Source: Gemmatimonadota bacterium
GTDB taxonomy: Bacteria > Gemmatimonadota > Gemmatimonadetes > Longimicrobiales > Gaopeijiaceae
DNA length: 64,000 bases
NCBI GenBank assembly: GCA_039589315.1
Contig: JBDHHQ010000014.1
Span: forward strand, 24,125 to 88,124
Direction: 5' to 3'
The notes beneath the pieces are model-generated. The model was not told where the DNA came from, did no database searches, and saw only the letters and a list, made by a program, of their open reading frames with translations. Of this stretch, positions 28,381 to 39,800 are shown one piece after another. The first letter of the stretch is position 1; every line of letters starts with the position of its first letter. The translations under genes and the position numbers were made by a program.

Positions 28381-30471
28381 CTAGCGCTCAGGGGACCCCT
28401 CGGTCACGTCGGTGAGCAGCGTCACCACGGGCTGGCCCACTACCTCGATCTTGACCGTGTACCGGGGCCTTTCGGCCCGTACGTAGACACGCTGACGCTG
28501 GCCGCCACCGTCTACCTCGACCTGGTAGGTGTCGAAGACGCCGGCAGGCACGGTGACCTCTCGCCTTCCTTGCATCTTCAAGGTCCAATCGGCGACGGAG
28601 CCGTCCGGCTGGACGACTGGAATGACGATCTCGTCCGCTGCTTCCAGATCCGCGACCCAAAGCGCCAACTCGGTCATCTCGCCCAGCACCGCACCGGCCA
28701 CCGCAGTACCCTCCACCGGCTGTTGGCCGCCGGGCCCGCGGAAGAACCCGGTAACCTGGCCCGCTTCCAACTCGAGAGCGCTCACCATCTCTCGACCCTG
28801 CATCCTCAGCCGGTCCTCGGAGCGCACCGCCTCGAACGTGGCGGCTCGGAACGTCACCTCCCGGTGGACCTCCCGGGGGCCGATGCTCGCTTCGCTGACC
28901 ATCGTCATGGTCCCCGGCTGGTCGCCGGGTGTCAGGCGGCGCCTCAGCTCGCCCACGGGCCAGTCCTGCGCCTGGACGTCGTACGTCCACGAACCGGGCC
29001 CGAGCAGGGATCCGTCCAGCGCAAACTCCCTGGCCCGGGGGCGCAGGTCGTCCAGGGCCACCTGGACTCCCTGATCGGTCTCCACCGTCACCGGACCGAA
29101 GCGAGCCAGCCGGTCGTGGAGGTGCAGCGCGTCACCCGCCACCACGATGATCATGCGGTCCGGCTGCAGCTGCACCTCGACCGCGGCTCGCACGTCATCC
29201 GGCGTGAGCGCCGCGATGCGCTCCCTGTAGGTCTCGAGGGCGTCCCGCTCCAGGCCCAGCAGGAGGTAGGTGGTCACCTGGTTGGCGATCTGCTGGGGCG
29301 TCTCGATGCTGAGGGGGAAGGACCCGGCCAAGTACAAAAGGACGGCCTCGAGCTCGTCGGGGGCGGGAGCTTCGCTGCGCAGACGTTCCACCTCCGCGAC
29401 CAGCGCCGCCACCGCCGCGTCCACGACCTCGGCGGCGACTTCGGCCCGGGCCTGGAAGTACCCGGCGTCCGTCCGGCGAATCACCCCCGATGACGCGCCG
29501 GGAGCGATGCCACTCTCGCCCCCTACCCCGGTGCCGAGCCGGGACGACATACCCTCACCCAGCAACCGGTTGGCGACCCGCAGCGCCGTCCAGTCGGGAT
29601 CGTCCCCGCGCGTCACCGCCTGTCCGACCCGCACGACAGCGTCGCGAGCGCCGGCCACGTGCACGAGGACCACCTCCGGCGCGGACCGCTGCGGGAGGCC
29701 GTGGTACGTCGGCAGGCTGACGGGCGCGGCCTCCCAGTCTCCGAAGTGACCGTCCAACGCTGCCGCCGCCGCGTCCGCGCTCACGTCTCCGGCGACCACG
29801 AAGACCGCGTTGTTGGGGCGGTAGTAGTCCCGGTGGTACCGCGTCACGGCCTGCACGTCGATCCGGCCGAGGGACTCGGCCGTCTGGATCTTCCCGTAGG
29901 GGTGCTCGCCGTACAGCGCGCGGGTGAATGCCCGAGAAGCCAGGAAGGTGGGCGCTCGCTCCTGGATGGTAAGCGCCGACCGGGCCCGAGCCACCTGGCG
30001 GGCCAGGTCGTCGGCCGGAAACGCCGGACGGATCACCACGTCGGCCATGATGGCCAGAGCCGCGTCCAGGTTCTCCGTCACGGAGCTCAGCGAGACAGTC
30101 GTGTAGTCCGGCCCTGCGCTGGCGCCCAACTGGGCACCGAGGAAGTCGAGATCCTCCGCCACCTGGCTTGCCGGCTGACCCTCGACGCCCTTGGTCAGGA
30201 GCTCCGCGGTCATGGCGGCCAGGCCCGCCTGGCGTGGGGGATCGGCGGCGGTGCCCCCGCGGATCACGAGGTTGACCGTGACGTGAGGCTGCTCGTGGTG
30301 GCTCACCACCAGCAGTTCGGCCCCGTTCGAGAGCTCCCGGAGCTGGAACTCGGGGAACGGGATGTCGGGCGCCGTCGCCGGTACAGGTGGTGATTGGCCG
30401 GCACCGGCGGCGGGCGCGAGACAGAAAGCCGCGGCCAGGGCTGCCCCCTGCGCCCTACCCGATACGATCAC
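28381..30471 (-). CDS. M16 non-catalytic subunit fused to a C-terminal DUF3108-like beta domain
   Basis: LSNG.ELLVV, GLAAMTAELL.KG, LYGEHPYG, YYRPNNA; C-terminal VTVPAGVFDTY motif. Confidence 0.85.
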   Translation of the reverse strand: MIVSGRAQGAALAAAFCLAPAAGAGQSPPVPATAPDIPFPEFQLRELSNGAELLVVSHHEQPHVTVNLVIRGGTAADPPRQAGLAAMTAELLTKGVEGQPASQVAEDLDFLGAQLGASAGPDYTTVSLSSVTENLDAALAIMADVVIRPAFPADDLARQVARARSALTIQERAPTFLASRAFTRALYGEHPYGKIQTAESLGRIDVQAVTRYHRDYYRPNNAVFVVAGDVSADAAAAALDGHFGDWEAAPVSLPTYHGLPQRSAPEVVLVHVAGARDAVVRVGQAVTRGDDPDWTALRVANRLLGEGMSSRLGTGVGGESGIAPGASSGVIRRTDAGYFQARAEVAAEVVDAAVAALVAEVERLRSEAPAPDELEAVLLYLAGSFPLSIETPQQIANQVTTYLLLGLERDALETYRERIAALTPDDVRAAVEVQLQPDRMIIVVAGDALHLHDRLARFGPVTVETDQGVQVALDDLRPRAREFALDGSLLGPGSWTYDVQAQDWPVGELRRRLTPGDQPGTMTMVSEASIGPREVHREVTFRAATFEAVRSEDRLRMQGREMVSALELEAGQVTGFFRGPGGQQPVEGTAVAGAVLGEMTELALWVADLEAADEIVIPVVQPDGSVADWTLKMQGRREVTVPAGVFDTYQVEVDGGGQRQRVYVRAERPRYTVKIEVVGQPVVTLLTDVTEGSPER

Positions 30472-31853
30472 GGCGCCCCCTCTCCAGCTCCCCGGGCAGC
30501 CGGCCGGCCCACGATCACCGTCCGGTTGTCCCGGGCCAGGTGTTTTCGGGCGGTCCGCACGATATCCTCGGCGCTCACGGCCTCGAACCGCTGTAGCTCC
30601 TCGTTCACGGCGAAGGCGTCTCCATACAGGTGGTGGAACTTGAGCAGGACGTCGGCCTTGCCCTTTACAGAAAGCCGGCTGCCAACCTCCGCCGCCCTTA
30701 CCTGGTTCCGGGCCTTTTCGACCTCTCGGTCCGTGACGCCCTCGGTCCGCAGCCGGTCGATCTCCTGATCCAGAAGACGCTCGATCCGGTCCAGTTCGAC
30801 GCCCGGGTTGGGAAGGCTGCCGAAAAGAAACAACCCAGCGGCCCTTCGCGTGTTCAGGCCGCTGAACACCACCGGCGCCACCTGTCTCTCGACCACGAGT
30901 CGGCGGTGCAGGCGGCTGCTCTCCCCCGTGCTCAGGATCCGGGACAGGAGCGTCAGGGGGTAGACGTCCGGGTGAGAAGCGCCCGGGATGTTGTAGGCCA
31001 TGTAGATGACCGGCACCTGGGCCATCGGATCTTCCACCGTCGACCGCCGTTCGCCGTCGCTCCGCGGCGTGTCGGGCGCCGGCGGCCGATCAGCGTGGGG
31101 AGCAACGGACGGGATGGACCCGAGGTACTCCTGCGTCAGAGCGCGGACCTGGGCGCCGGTCACGTCGCCGACCACGGCTAGAACGGCATTGCCGGGGACG
31201 AAGAACCGGTCCAGGAAGGCCTGAACCCGATCTGTCGACAGATCCTCCAGCTCGCCTGGGCGCCCCATGGCTGGGTGGCGATAGGGCTCGTAGTCGGTGG
31301 CCAGGCTGTCGAGGGCCATCTGGACGCCGCCGAATGGCTGGCCCTGCTGGCGCGCACGGCGCTCCCGGGTGAGCCGTTCCCGATGGCGGTCAAGGCCGTT
31401 GCCGGTCAGCACCACCCCCGCCAGGCGCTCCGAATGGAGCCAAAGCGCCAGTTCGACCCGATGTGAGGGCACGACCTCCCAGAATCCGGTGACATCGTGA
31501 GTCGTGAACGCCCCGGCCGCGCCCCCGGCCTCGGCCACGAGGCGCGCCTGCTCTCCCTCGGCGAGGTTGGCGGTCTCCGCTCTGGCCAGCAGTTGCGCGA
31601 GCTGGGTGAGCCCCGATTGGCCCGGCGGGTCGTCGGCGCTCCCCACCTCGAACCACATCTCGGTCGCGACCACCGGTACCGAGTGGTCCTCACTGACGAT
31701 CACGAGGAGGCCGTTGGAGAGAGAAAAGGTGTCGATCGGGAGAGGCGGGAGGCCCGATGCCTGGGCAGCCCCGCTCGAAGGCGCCGCGAGCAGGGCCAAC
31801 AGCAGACCGCCGGCCAAACGCTGCCCCAGCCACGCCTCCCGGATTCGTCTCAT
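30468..31853 (-). CDS. M16 catalytic-type subunit with degenerate zinc motif
   Basis: LSNGL.VIVSEDHSVPVV, VGS.DDPPG.SG followed by QLAQL instead of HxxEH; PYRHP..G; F.PGNAVLAVVGD. Confidence 0.85.
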   Translation of the reverse strand: MRRIREAWLGQRLAGGLLLALLAAPSSGAAQASGLPPLPIDTFSLSNGLLVIVSEDHSVPVVATEMWFEVGSADDPPGQSGLTQLAQLLARAETANLAEGEQARLVAEAGGAAGAFTTHDVTGFWEVVPSHRVELALWLHSERLAGVVLTGNGLDRHRERLTRERRARQQGQPFGGVQMALDSLATDYEPYRHPAMGRPGELEDLSTDRVQAFLDRFFVPGNAVLAVVGDVTGAQVRALTQEYLGSIPSVAPHADRPPAPDTPRSDGERRSTVEDPMAQVPVIYMAYNIPGASHPDVYPLTLLSRILSTGESSRLHRRLVVERQVAPVVFSGLNTRRAAGLFLFGSLPNPGVELDRIERLLDQEIDRLRTEGVTDREVEKARNQVRAAEVGSRLSVKGKADVLLKFHHLYGDAFAVNEELQRFEAVSAEDIVRTARKHLARDNRTVIVGRPAARGAGEGAP

Positions 31854-32171
31854 GCGCTTCCGCCCTTCTGCATCGCGAAAGGTGCGGCCGCGCGACCCCG
31901 CACCGAGTCCAGACAAGTCCTACTCGGGACCGAGGGCACGGGTCCCGAGGGGTAGCCCCGGCACCGCTCCAGCTGCCCCGGCCCGGCGCGCCGGGCCTTG
32001 GAGCCCCCTCACTGCCCCGGTACCCCATCGTCCCGGCCTCGGCGGCTGGCGGTCACGTCGACGTCCGCGTACCTCTTGGTCATCCTGTGACCCGGCGGGC
32101 GGCCCCTGCGGATCTTGCAGCGTCTGCGGAAGCGCCATCACTTTCTCGCCCAACCCCGGAGTCCTTTGGTC

Positions 32172-33626
32172 ATGCAGACCAACCTGCCCCTCCACAGTGT
32201 CTTCCGGAGAGCCCTTACCGGACTCGCCCCGCTGCTCGCGATGCCGCTGGCCGCCTGCGGTCAATCGGAGGGCCGCACCGTCGACCTCGTGCCTTGCGAG
32301 GTCCCCCCCGCCGACACGCAAGCGCTCTGCGGCACGCTCGCGGTGCCCGAGGACCGGCCGTCCGGCGAGGGCCGGACCATCGATCTTTCGATCGTCGTCC
32401 TGCCCGCGACCGGCGAGGCGACGGATCCCGACCCGGTCTTTCCGCTCCACGGGGGACCCGGCGCCGCCGCTCGCTACCTCGTGCCCCTCTTCGCCTCTCA
32501 CCCCCTCCGGGATTCCCGTGACTTCGTCTTCGTCGATCAGCGCGGGACCGGCACCTCCAATGGCTTGCACTGCGAGCCGGCCGAGCTACCCGAGCTCATG
32601 GAGGTCGTCCTGACGTTTTCCGTGTCGGCCGAGGACTGTCGCGCGAACGAGGCGGACCCTCGCCTCTACGTCACGTCCATCGCCGTGGAAGACCTGGACG
32701 ACGTGCGAGCGGCGTTGGCGTACGAGCGGATCAACCTGTGGGGCGGATCGTACGGGAGCCGAGCCGCGTTGGAGTACATGCGCCGCCACCCGGAGCGCGT
32801 ACGAACGGCGCTGCTGGACGGACTCGCACCCATGGACATGTACGTGCCACTCTACTTCCCTCCCGGCGCGGAGGCCGCTCTGGCGTTGGCGCTGGAGGAC
32901 TGCGCGGAGGATGACGCGTGCCGCCTGCGCTTCCCCGATCCCCGGGGTGCCCTGGACGAGGCCCTGGGCCGGTTGGAGGCGAACCCCGCTCTGGTGACCA
33001 TAGAAGATCCTCGGACCGGCGAGCCGGTGGAGCTGGTCTTCGGCCGTGAGCACCTGGCCGGTGCCGTGCTCTATGCCCTCTACAACAGCCAGAGCACCGC
33101 ACGGTTGCCGTCGTGGATCCACGACGCGAATCACGGGGAGCTTACCGGCATCGCGAGCTTCGCGGCAGCGTTCTCGGTGGGGATCGGCCGTCAGTTCGCG
33201 TTCGGGATGACGCTAGCCGTCGCGTGCTCCGAAGACGCGGCTCGCTACACGCTGAAGGACGCTGAGCGAGTGGCGGAGGGCACCTTCCTGGGATCCACGC
33301 TGGCGCGCAATTTCCTCGAGGCCTGTGACCGCTGGCCCACCGGAAGGGTGGACCCCGAGTACTGGGCGTACGTGGAGTCGGACGTGCCCACGCTGGTCTT
33401 CTCCGGGCAGGGCGACCCCGTGACCCCGCCGAGTTGGGCCGAACGCGCCGTCGAGCACCTGGAGGAGGCGCGCCACGTGATCTTCCCAGATAACGGACAC
33501 GGTGCCACCGGGACGCCGTGTGGTAGGGAGCTCTTCGAGGACTTCGTCCGCCGGGGCAGCGCCGAGGCGGTGGAGGCCGCCTGCGCGAGCGAAAACCCTC
33601 GACCGGCGTGGGGCGGGACGGGCTGA
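32172..33626 (+). CDS. Alpha/beta hydrolase lipoprotein (tripeptidyl-aminopeptidase/TAP-like)
   Basis: Lipobox LAAC; HGGPG, DQRGTG.S, GGSYG nucleophile elbow, DPVTP, GHG. Confidence 0.88.
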   Translation: MQTNLPLHSVFRRALTGLAPLLAMPLAACGQSEGRTVDLVPCEVPPADTQALCGTLAVPEDRPSGEGRTIDLSIVVLPATGEATDPDPVFPLHGGPGAAARYLVPLFASHPLRDSRDFVFVDQRGTGTSNGLHCEPAELPELMEVVLTFSVSAEDCRANEADPRLYVTSIAVEDLDDVRAALAYERINLWGGSYGSRAALEYMRRHPERVRTALLDGLAPMDMYVPLYFPPGAEAALALALEDCAEDDACRLRFPDPRGALDEALGRLEANPALVTIEDPRTGEPVELVFGREHLAGAVLYALYNSQSTARLPSWIHDANHGELTGIASFAAAFSVGIGRQFAFGMTLAVACSEDAARYTLKDAERVAEGTFLGSTLARNFLEACDRWPTGRVDPEYWAYVESDVPTLVFSGQGDPVTPPSWAERAVEHLEEARHVIFPDNGHGATGTPCGRELFEDFVRRGSAEAVEAACASENPRPAWGGTG

Positions 33627-33707
33627 GTCAGCTCGGCACCGGCCCGACGCGTCCTCGGTCGCGCCGGCCGGGATCCGGCCTGGAGCAGCGGCTGGAGCGA
33701 CTCGCGT

Positions 33708-36539
33708 TCATACCCCGACCCCCGGCAGCACCTCTGCCAGATACCTGCCCGTGATGCTCTCCTCGGCGGCGGCGATCTCTTCGGGCCGCCCCATGGCTAC
33801 GACCTCCCCGCCCCGCACTCCGGCCTCGGGCCCCAGGTCGATGATCCAGTCGGCCACCTTCATCACGTCCACGTTGTGCTCGATCACCACGACGGTGTGG
33901 CCGGCGTCGACCAGCCGGTTCAGCACCCGGATCAGCTTCCCGACCTCCTCACCAGACAGGCCGGTCGTGGGCTCGTCCAGCAGATAGAGCTTCCGTCCCT
34001 TCTTGCCGGACGAGCTCGCCAATTCGCGCGCGATCTTGAGCCGCTGGGCCTCGCCGCCAGACAGAGTCGTAGCGGCTTGTCCCAGCCGGAGGTACCCCAG
34101 GCCCACCTGCTGTAGCTGCCAGAGCGTAGATCCCAGGCGGTCCTCCTTCAGGAAGAACCGGATGGCCTCATCCACCGTTAGCTCCAAGACCTGGGCGATG
34201 TTCAGGCCTCGGTACGTGACGTCCAGGGTCTCGCGCTTGTACCGCCGACCCAGGCATGCCTCGCATGGAACGAACACATCGGCCATGAAGATCATCTCGA
34301 TCTCCACGTGACCCGCTCCTTTGCAGACCTCGCAGCGACCTCCCTCGACGTTGAAAGAGAAGTGTCGGGCGTCGAAGCCCCTGTCCCGTGCCAGGGGTTG
34401 TGCCGCGAAGATCTGCCTGACCGCTGCCCACGCCTTGATGTACGTGACGGGATTGGAGCGTGGCGTCCGGCCGATGGGGGATTGGTCGACGAGCACCACG
34501 TCGTCCAGGCGGCCCACGCCCTCCAGCGCTTCGTACCGTCCCACCGCCTCGCCGAGGTGCTCCTTGGCGCTCGTCTCGCCCGCGCCGAGCTCGCGCTCCA
34601 ATGCCCGGTAGAGCACGTCGTGGATCAGCGTCGACTTGCCCGACCCCGACACCCCGGTGACCACCGTCATCGTGCCCAGGGGGATCTCCACGTCCACGTT
34701 ATCGAGGTTGTGGAGCTCGGCGCCGCGCAGCTCCAGGCGGTAGCCCCGCACGGGCCGCCGACGCGGCGGCACCTCCACCTCGCTTTTCCCGGACAGGAAA
34801 CGCCCGGTGGCCGTATCGGCGTCCTCCAGGTCGGAGGGCGTGCCCTGGAAGACGAGCTGGCCGCCCCGCTCGCCCGAGGCAGGGCCCAGCTCGACGACGT
34901 GGTCCGCCATCTTGATGGACATCGCGTCGTGCTCCACGACGACCACGGTGTTGCCAGCCTCCCGGAGCCGCAGGAGCAGGTCGATCAGCGATCCGGTGTC
35001 CCTGGGGTGTAGCCCGACGGTGGGCTCGTCCAGGACGTACAGCGTGTCCACCAGGCGGGAGCCCAGGGAGTTGGCCAGGTTGATGCGCTGCGCCTCTCCG
35101 CCCGACAGGGTTCGGGTCTGTCGGGCCAGGGTCAGGTACCCCAGGCCCACGTCCACCAAGAAGACCAAACGTGAGCGCAACTCCCGGACGATCGTCTCGG
35201 CGATCTTCGTCTCCATCGGCGAGAGCTCGAGTCGGTGGACCCACTCCTTCAGCTCCTCCAGCGGGATTCCGCTGGCCTGGGCTACCGTCCAGTCCCCGAC
35301 CCGGACCCAGAGCGCCTCGGGACGCACCCGGGCCCCACCACAGTCCTCACACACCCTCGGACTCTGATACTGCCGTAGGAAGACGCGGATGTAGCGCTTG
35401 TATCGCTTCCTCTCCCGCGAAACCAGGAACGGGATCACGCCCTGGAACCCGTCGCCTCCGTGGACCACCGCATGCCGAAAGTCGTCGGGCAGATCCTCCC
35501 AGCGGGAGTAGAGCGAAACCCCGCGGTCCAGCGTGAAGGCCCGAAGGAGGTCGCGTTCCTTGTGGTATCGGGGCTTGGCCCACGGGTCGACGGCCCCGTC
35601 GTCGATGGAGCGACGCGGATTGGGGATAATCAGGCCCGGATCGTACTCGAGCGTCGCACCGAAGCCCGTGCAGCGGGTGCAGGATCCGTAGGGGTTGTTG
35701 AAGGAGAACAGCTTGGGGCTCGGCTCCTGGAACTCGACCTCGGGGTGTTCTGGACAGCGAAAATGCTCCGTGAAGCTCAGGCGCACCGGCTCCCCGCTCT
35801 GCGGCGCCGTGATCACGAGGCACTCGCCCTCTCCTTCGGCGAAGCAGGTTCCGATGGAATCCGCAAGGCGGTCTCGGATTTCGGGGCCTACCCTGAGGCG
35901 GTCCACCACCACCAGGCGCTCCTCGGCCTCCGTCAGGTCCGTCCCGAGGGTGGCCGGGTCCTCGGCTCCGGCCGCGCCGATGTCGACCATCCGGTCGTCA
36001 CAGAGCACACGGACGAAGCCCAGCGCCCGCAGATTCTCCACCACGAGCTCGTGGGTCACGCGACCGCTCAGCTGAAGGGGGAAGACCACCTGGATGCGCG
36101 CACCGGCGTCGAGGGCCATCACGGCGTCCACCGCCGAGCTCACGGTGTCCGGGAGCACCCACCGGTCACACTCGGGACAGTGGGTGTGGCCCACTCGAGC
36201 CCAGAGCAGCCGCAGGTAGTCGTACACCTCGGTGGCGGTGCCCACGGTGGACCGAGACGTCTTGGTGGGGTTCCGTTGCTCGATGGCCACGGCCGGCGCG
36301 ATGCCATCCACCGAGTCGACGTCCGGTTTCTCCATCCGCTCGAGGAACTGTTTCGCGTAGGTGGACAGCGACTCCACGTATCGCCGCTGCCCTTCGGCGA
36401 AGAGGGTATCGAGAGCCAACGACGACTTGCCTGATCCCGACGGTCCGGTGACCACGGTCAAGGTTCGCCGCGGGATGTCCACGTCGATGTTCTTGAGGTT
36501 GTGGAGGCGAGCGCCCCGGATGCGGATGGCGTCCGTCAT
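33708..36539 (-). CDS. uvrA: Excinuclease ABC subunit A
   Basis: GARLHNLKN, two Walker A ([18 protein letters not shown]), LSGGEAQR twice, zinc fingers, FSFN. Confidence 0.96.
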   Translation of the reverse strand: MTDAIRIRGARLHNLKNIDVDIPRRTLTVVTGPSGSGKSSLALDTLFAEGQRRYVESLSTYAKQFLERMEKPDVDSVDGIAPAVAIEQRNPTKTSRSTVGTATEVYDYLRLLWARVGHTHCPECDRWVLPDTVSSAVDAVMALDAGARIQVVFPLQLSGRVTHELVVENLRALGFVRVLCDDRMVDIGAAGAEDPATLGTDLTEAEERLVVVDRLRVGPEIRDRLADSIGTCFAEGEGECLVITAPQSGEPVRLSFTEHFRCPEHPEVEFQEPSPKLFSFNNPYGSCTRCTGFGATLEYDPGLIIPNPRRSIDDGAVDPWAKPRYHKERDLLRAFTLDRGVSLYSRWEDLPDDFRHAVVHGGDGFQGVIPFLVSRERKRYKRYIRVFLRQYQSPRVCEDCGGARVRPEALWVRVGDWTVAQASGIPLEELKEWVHRLELSPMETKIAETIVRELRSRLVFLVDVGLGYLTLARQTRTLSGGEAQRINLANSLGSRLVDTLYVLDEPTVGLHPRDTGSLIDLLLRLREAGNTVVVVEHDAMSIKMADHVVELGPASGERGGQLVFQGTPSDLEDADTATGRFLSGKSEVEVPPRRRPVRGYRLELRGAELHNLDNVDVEIPLGTMTVVTGVSGSGKSTLIHDVLYRALERELGAGETSAKEHLGEAVGRYEALEGVGRLDDVVLVDQSPIGRTPRSNPVTYIKAWAAVRQIFAAQPLARDRGFDARHFSFNVEGGRCEVCKGAGHVEIEMIFMADVFVPCEACLGRRYKRETLDVTYRGLNIAQVLELTVDEAIRFFLKEDRLGSTLWQLQQVGLGYLRLGQAATTLSGGEAQRLKIARELASSSGKKGRKLYLLDEPTTGLSGEEVGKLIRVLNRLVDAGHTVVVIEHNVDVMKVADWIIDLGPEAGVRGGEVVAMGRPEEIAAAEESITGRYLAEVLPGVGV

Positions 36540-36884
36540 GCGAATCCCGGTACGAAAGAATGCCGGCGCGGGAAGTGCCCCGAGGACGGCCGCCATCCGT
36601 GGCGCCCGTCACGGCCTGCAGTGTAGTTGTGTAGGGGGTTTGCTGCTATTCGCGTGGAAGGCCCCGAACTACTAGCGGCAGCGTCCGGGCGGCGGTAGCG
36701 GCGCGGAGCCGCAGGACCGGCCGGAGGCTCCGTCAGCCGCTGGGTGACCGACCCCATCGACCTCGTCATCCCTCTTTCGTTTCTTTCGGGTCTTTTCAGC
36801 GGGGTCCCGTGGGGGGTACGATGGGTCGGAAACGGGCGCTCCCCGCCTCAGCGCCGTCATCGACCCAGCAACGCAGGCATCCGC

Positions 36885-39800
36885 ATGCGACCCCGCTCGA
36901 CCGCGCTCCTGGCGCTCCTCGCGATGGGAGCCCTCCTGGCGCCCGTTGCGCTCTCGGCACAATCCGACCGCCACCCCGAGGACGGCGGGTACACCTACTC
37001 GCTGGGGATGCCGCCGGTCTGGAAGGGCCACGCCGGGGCCATGGCGGGCTGGTACCGCCCCAACGAAGTGGACAGGCTCAACGTGCTCTTCCACGCCGGC
37101 GTAATGCGCGATCTCCTGAGCCCCATCGCCGGCGTCGCCTCGGTGGGTATAGAGGGCTACGGTGGCCTCAGAGGGGGAGATCAGATGGACGGGGGCGGCC
37201 GCGCCCTCTTCGCTATTCCGTCGCTCCACGTCGGGGCCGGAGCCGATTACAACGTCCGAGACGACCACTGGTCGTTCCTGCTGCGCCTGGAGATCCCGTT
37301 CCGCCGTTCGGGCGTCTTCGGACGGGGGACGCAGGTGCGGTTCGACTGGCTCCCCGGCAGGAGCAACACTTTCGCGGTGGGGATCAACGCGCCGCTTTGG
37401 GGCCGGAACATCGGCAAGACCCGACCTCAGAGGGACTCGTTCGAGCTGGAGCAGCCTCCCATCGAACGGGTTTTCTTGCCCGAGAGTCCCCCGTCCCTGG
37501 ACGAGTCAGCCGCCAATCTCCGACACAGCGCCCGATGGATGGCACAGCTTTCCATGCCGCTCCTCGACCGCGGCGGCGCGGATCCCGAGGAGGCCTATGC
37601 GGAAGACCTGGTTGAAATCGAGACACACCTCTCCACGACGGATCCGCGGTTTCCGCTGGGGCACACGCTGAACGAAGAGGTCCGGGTGTTTCACGAGGAG
37701 CTGGACCGGGCGTTCTCCCTCGCGGCTGGCGCCCGGGAGTACGGCCCGGGCGAGAGCTCGGCGGAGGGACGCAGGATCGCGCAAGAAGCCAGGAGAGTCC
37801 TGCTCGACCACATCCTCTTCCCGTACAACCGGCTCCTGGGCCAACGGAAGGCGCACGACGGGCTGGACGAGTTCGCCGCTTCCGCTCACGCGGAGTTCTC
37901 GCGGTGGCTTCTGCCGCGGACCGAGATCCCGGAAGAGTCGTTTTCGCGAGTGTTCTTCGTATTCCAGACCGTCGCGGACATCGCCGAGGAGATCCGGGAG
38001 CTCCAGCTCGAGCGCTGGGAGGACTCTCGCTTCGTCTGGCTGCCGCTGCAGTTGGCCCTGAGACCCGAGGACCACGACAGCGAAGCCGAGATCAACGATC
38101 TGATCGAACGGGGAACCGGGGAGCGGTTCACCCTGGGGAACCGGGTCTGGTACACGATCAACGAGGAGTTCCAGCTCGAGTTCGCCCGCACGGTCGGCCT
38201 GGCCGAGGACTATCACGTCCTCTGGATCCACGATTACCGGGGGAAGAACAGCGAGAAGAAGCCGGACGAGGTCGGGTTCGCCCAGACCGTCCGCGTCTAC
38301 ATGGCCACCTTGACCCAGCGGGTGCGCGAGTACGACGAGACGGGGAAGCTCCCCGAGTACTTCATCTTCCTGGACCAGAACTACTTCGAGGCCAACGACA
38401 CGCGCCTGTACTTCCGGGTCCTCAGCGATCCGCAGGGCTACGAGCTTGGCCTCCCTGGCGGATACGAGGAGTGGGAAGAGGAGTTCAGGGCGGCTCAGCA
38501 GGCGCTGCGGCAGGCCGTCGCGGAATCGAGGCTCCTTCAATCGGAACGCCGTCAGTACGGCGACGAGTGGCTCGAGAATCGGATCAAGGTCCACATCAAC
38601 ATCACCAACCCGGTGGACCACTCGTTCCGCAGCCGCCATGTGGCGGGCATCATCCCGGTTCCCGACAACGTCATCCGGGATCACCGGAAGATCGCGTTCT
38701 ACGACATCTCTGAAGAGGACCCCTACCGTGGCATGGCCATGTACACGGGCATGGGCATCGGTGAGCACTACGCCGGCAGGAACTGGGAGGATCGGGCCAT
38801 CATCGTCAAGGGCCCGTCAGCGCTTTCGGTCAAGGACGCCGCTCGTGAGCTCCTGGAGAGACAGGGCTTCGAACCCCATGAGATTCCTTTTCCGCTGCGC
38901 TTCATCGAAAGGCCGGAGAGCTACGCCACACGGACGGATTCGATGCTCCAGTGGATGGACTCGACGGTCCCCGGCCACGACGGTCAGGCGCTCGAGCTCC
39001 ACAACCTGACCGGCTACGGCGCCAAGCCCATCAACGTGAAGAAGGCCATCATGTACAGCCTCATGCCGGCCGGCTCCATTCTCAAGGTGCCCGACTCGCT
39101 GTGGCAGAGCTACGTGTACGCCTCTCTCCTGACCGGGAGCGCCCTGCGGGGGGCGCGTGTGCTGATCATCGCGCCCAGTCTCGCTTCCGCTCCCAGCTCG
39201 GCCGCCCCCACGATGGCCCGGGCCCACGGCCTGCTCAGCGCCCTGGTGACGTTTCAGAATGCGTTGACCGACGAGACCGCGTCCGAGGGAGGCCTCCTCA
39301 AGATCGGTCTGTACTCGCCACGGGTCGGCGTGGGAGATCTCGAGGGCCGGATCCGGCAGGCCCAGGAGCTCGAGGATCCATGGCTGCGGGACATCTACCC
39401 CTTGAACCCCCACATTCGAGCCGCGGTGGACAGCGTCCAGGAAACCCTGCGGCAGGCGGGATACCGGGCGAACTACCTCGTGAATGCGGATTCGTCGGCG
39501 TCGCCCAAGCTTCACCTCAAGGCCAACTTCTTCATCAGCGGCGAGATTTGGGATCTGCTGCTGCACAGGCCTGAATGGGGACCGCTGATCCGGGAATATC
39601 TCGAGTACCTGGCACGGCAGACGGGCCCTCTGGAAGATCGGCCGTCGGCCACGGAAGCTCCGGAGGGGCTCAGGCGCGCCGCCCTGGCCCTCGCCAACGC
39701 GGTGAACCGGGATGTCCCACCTGACTTGCGGGACCGCTCCTTCGCCTACTTCACCGTGGGCTCTACGAACATGAACTACCGGAGCATGGTGCTGGACGGC

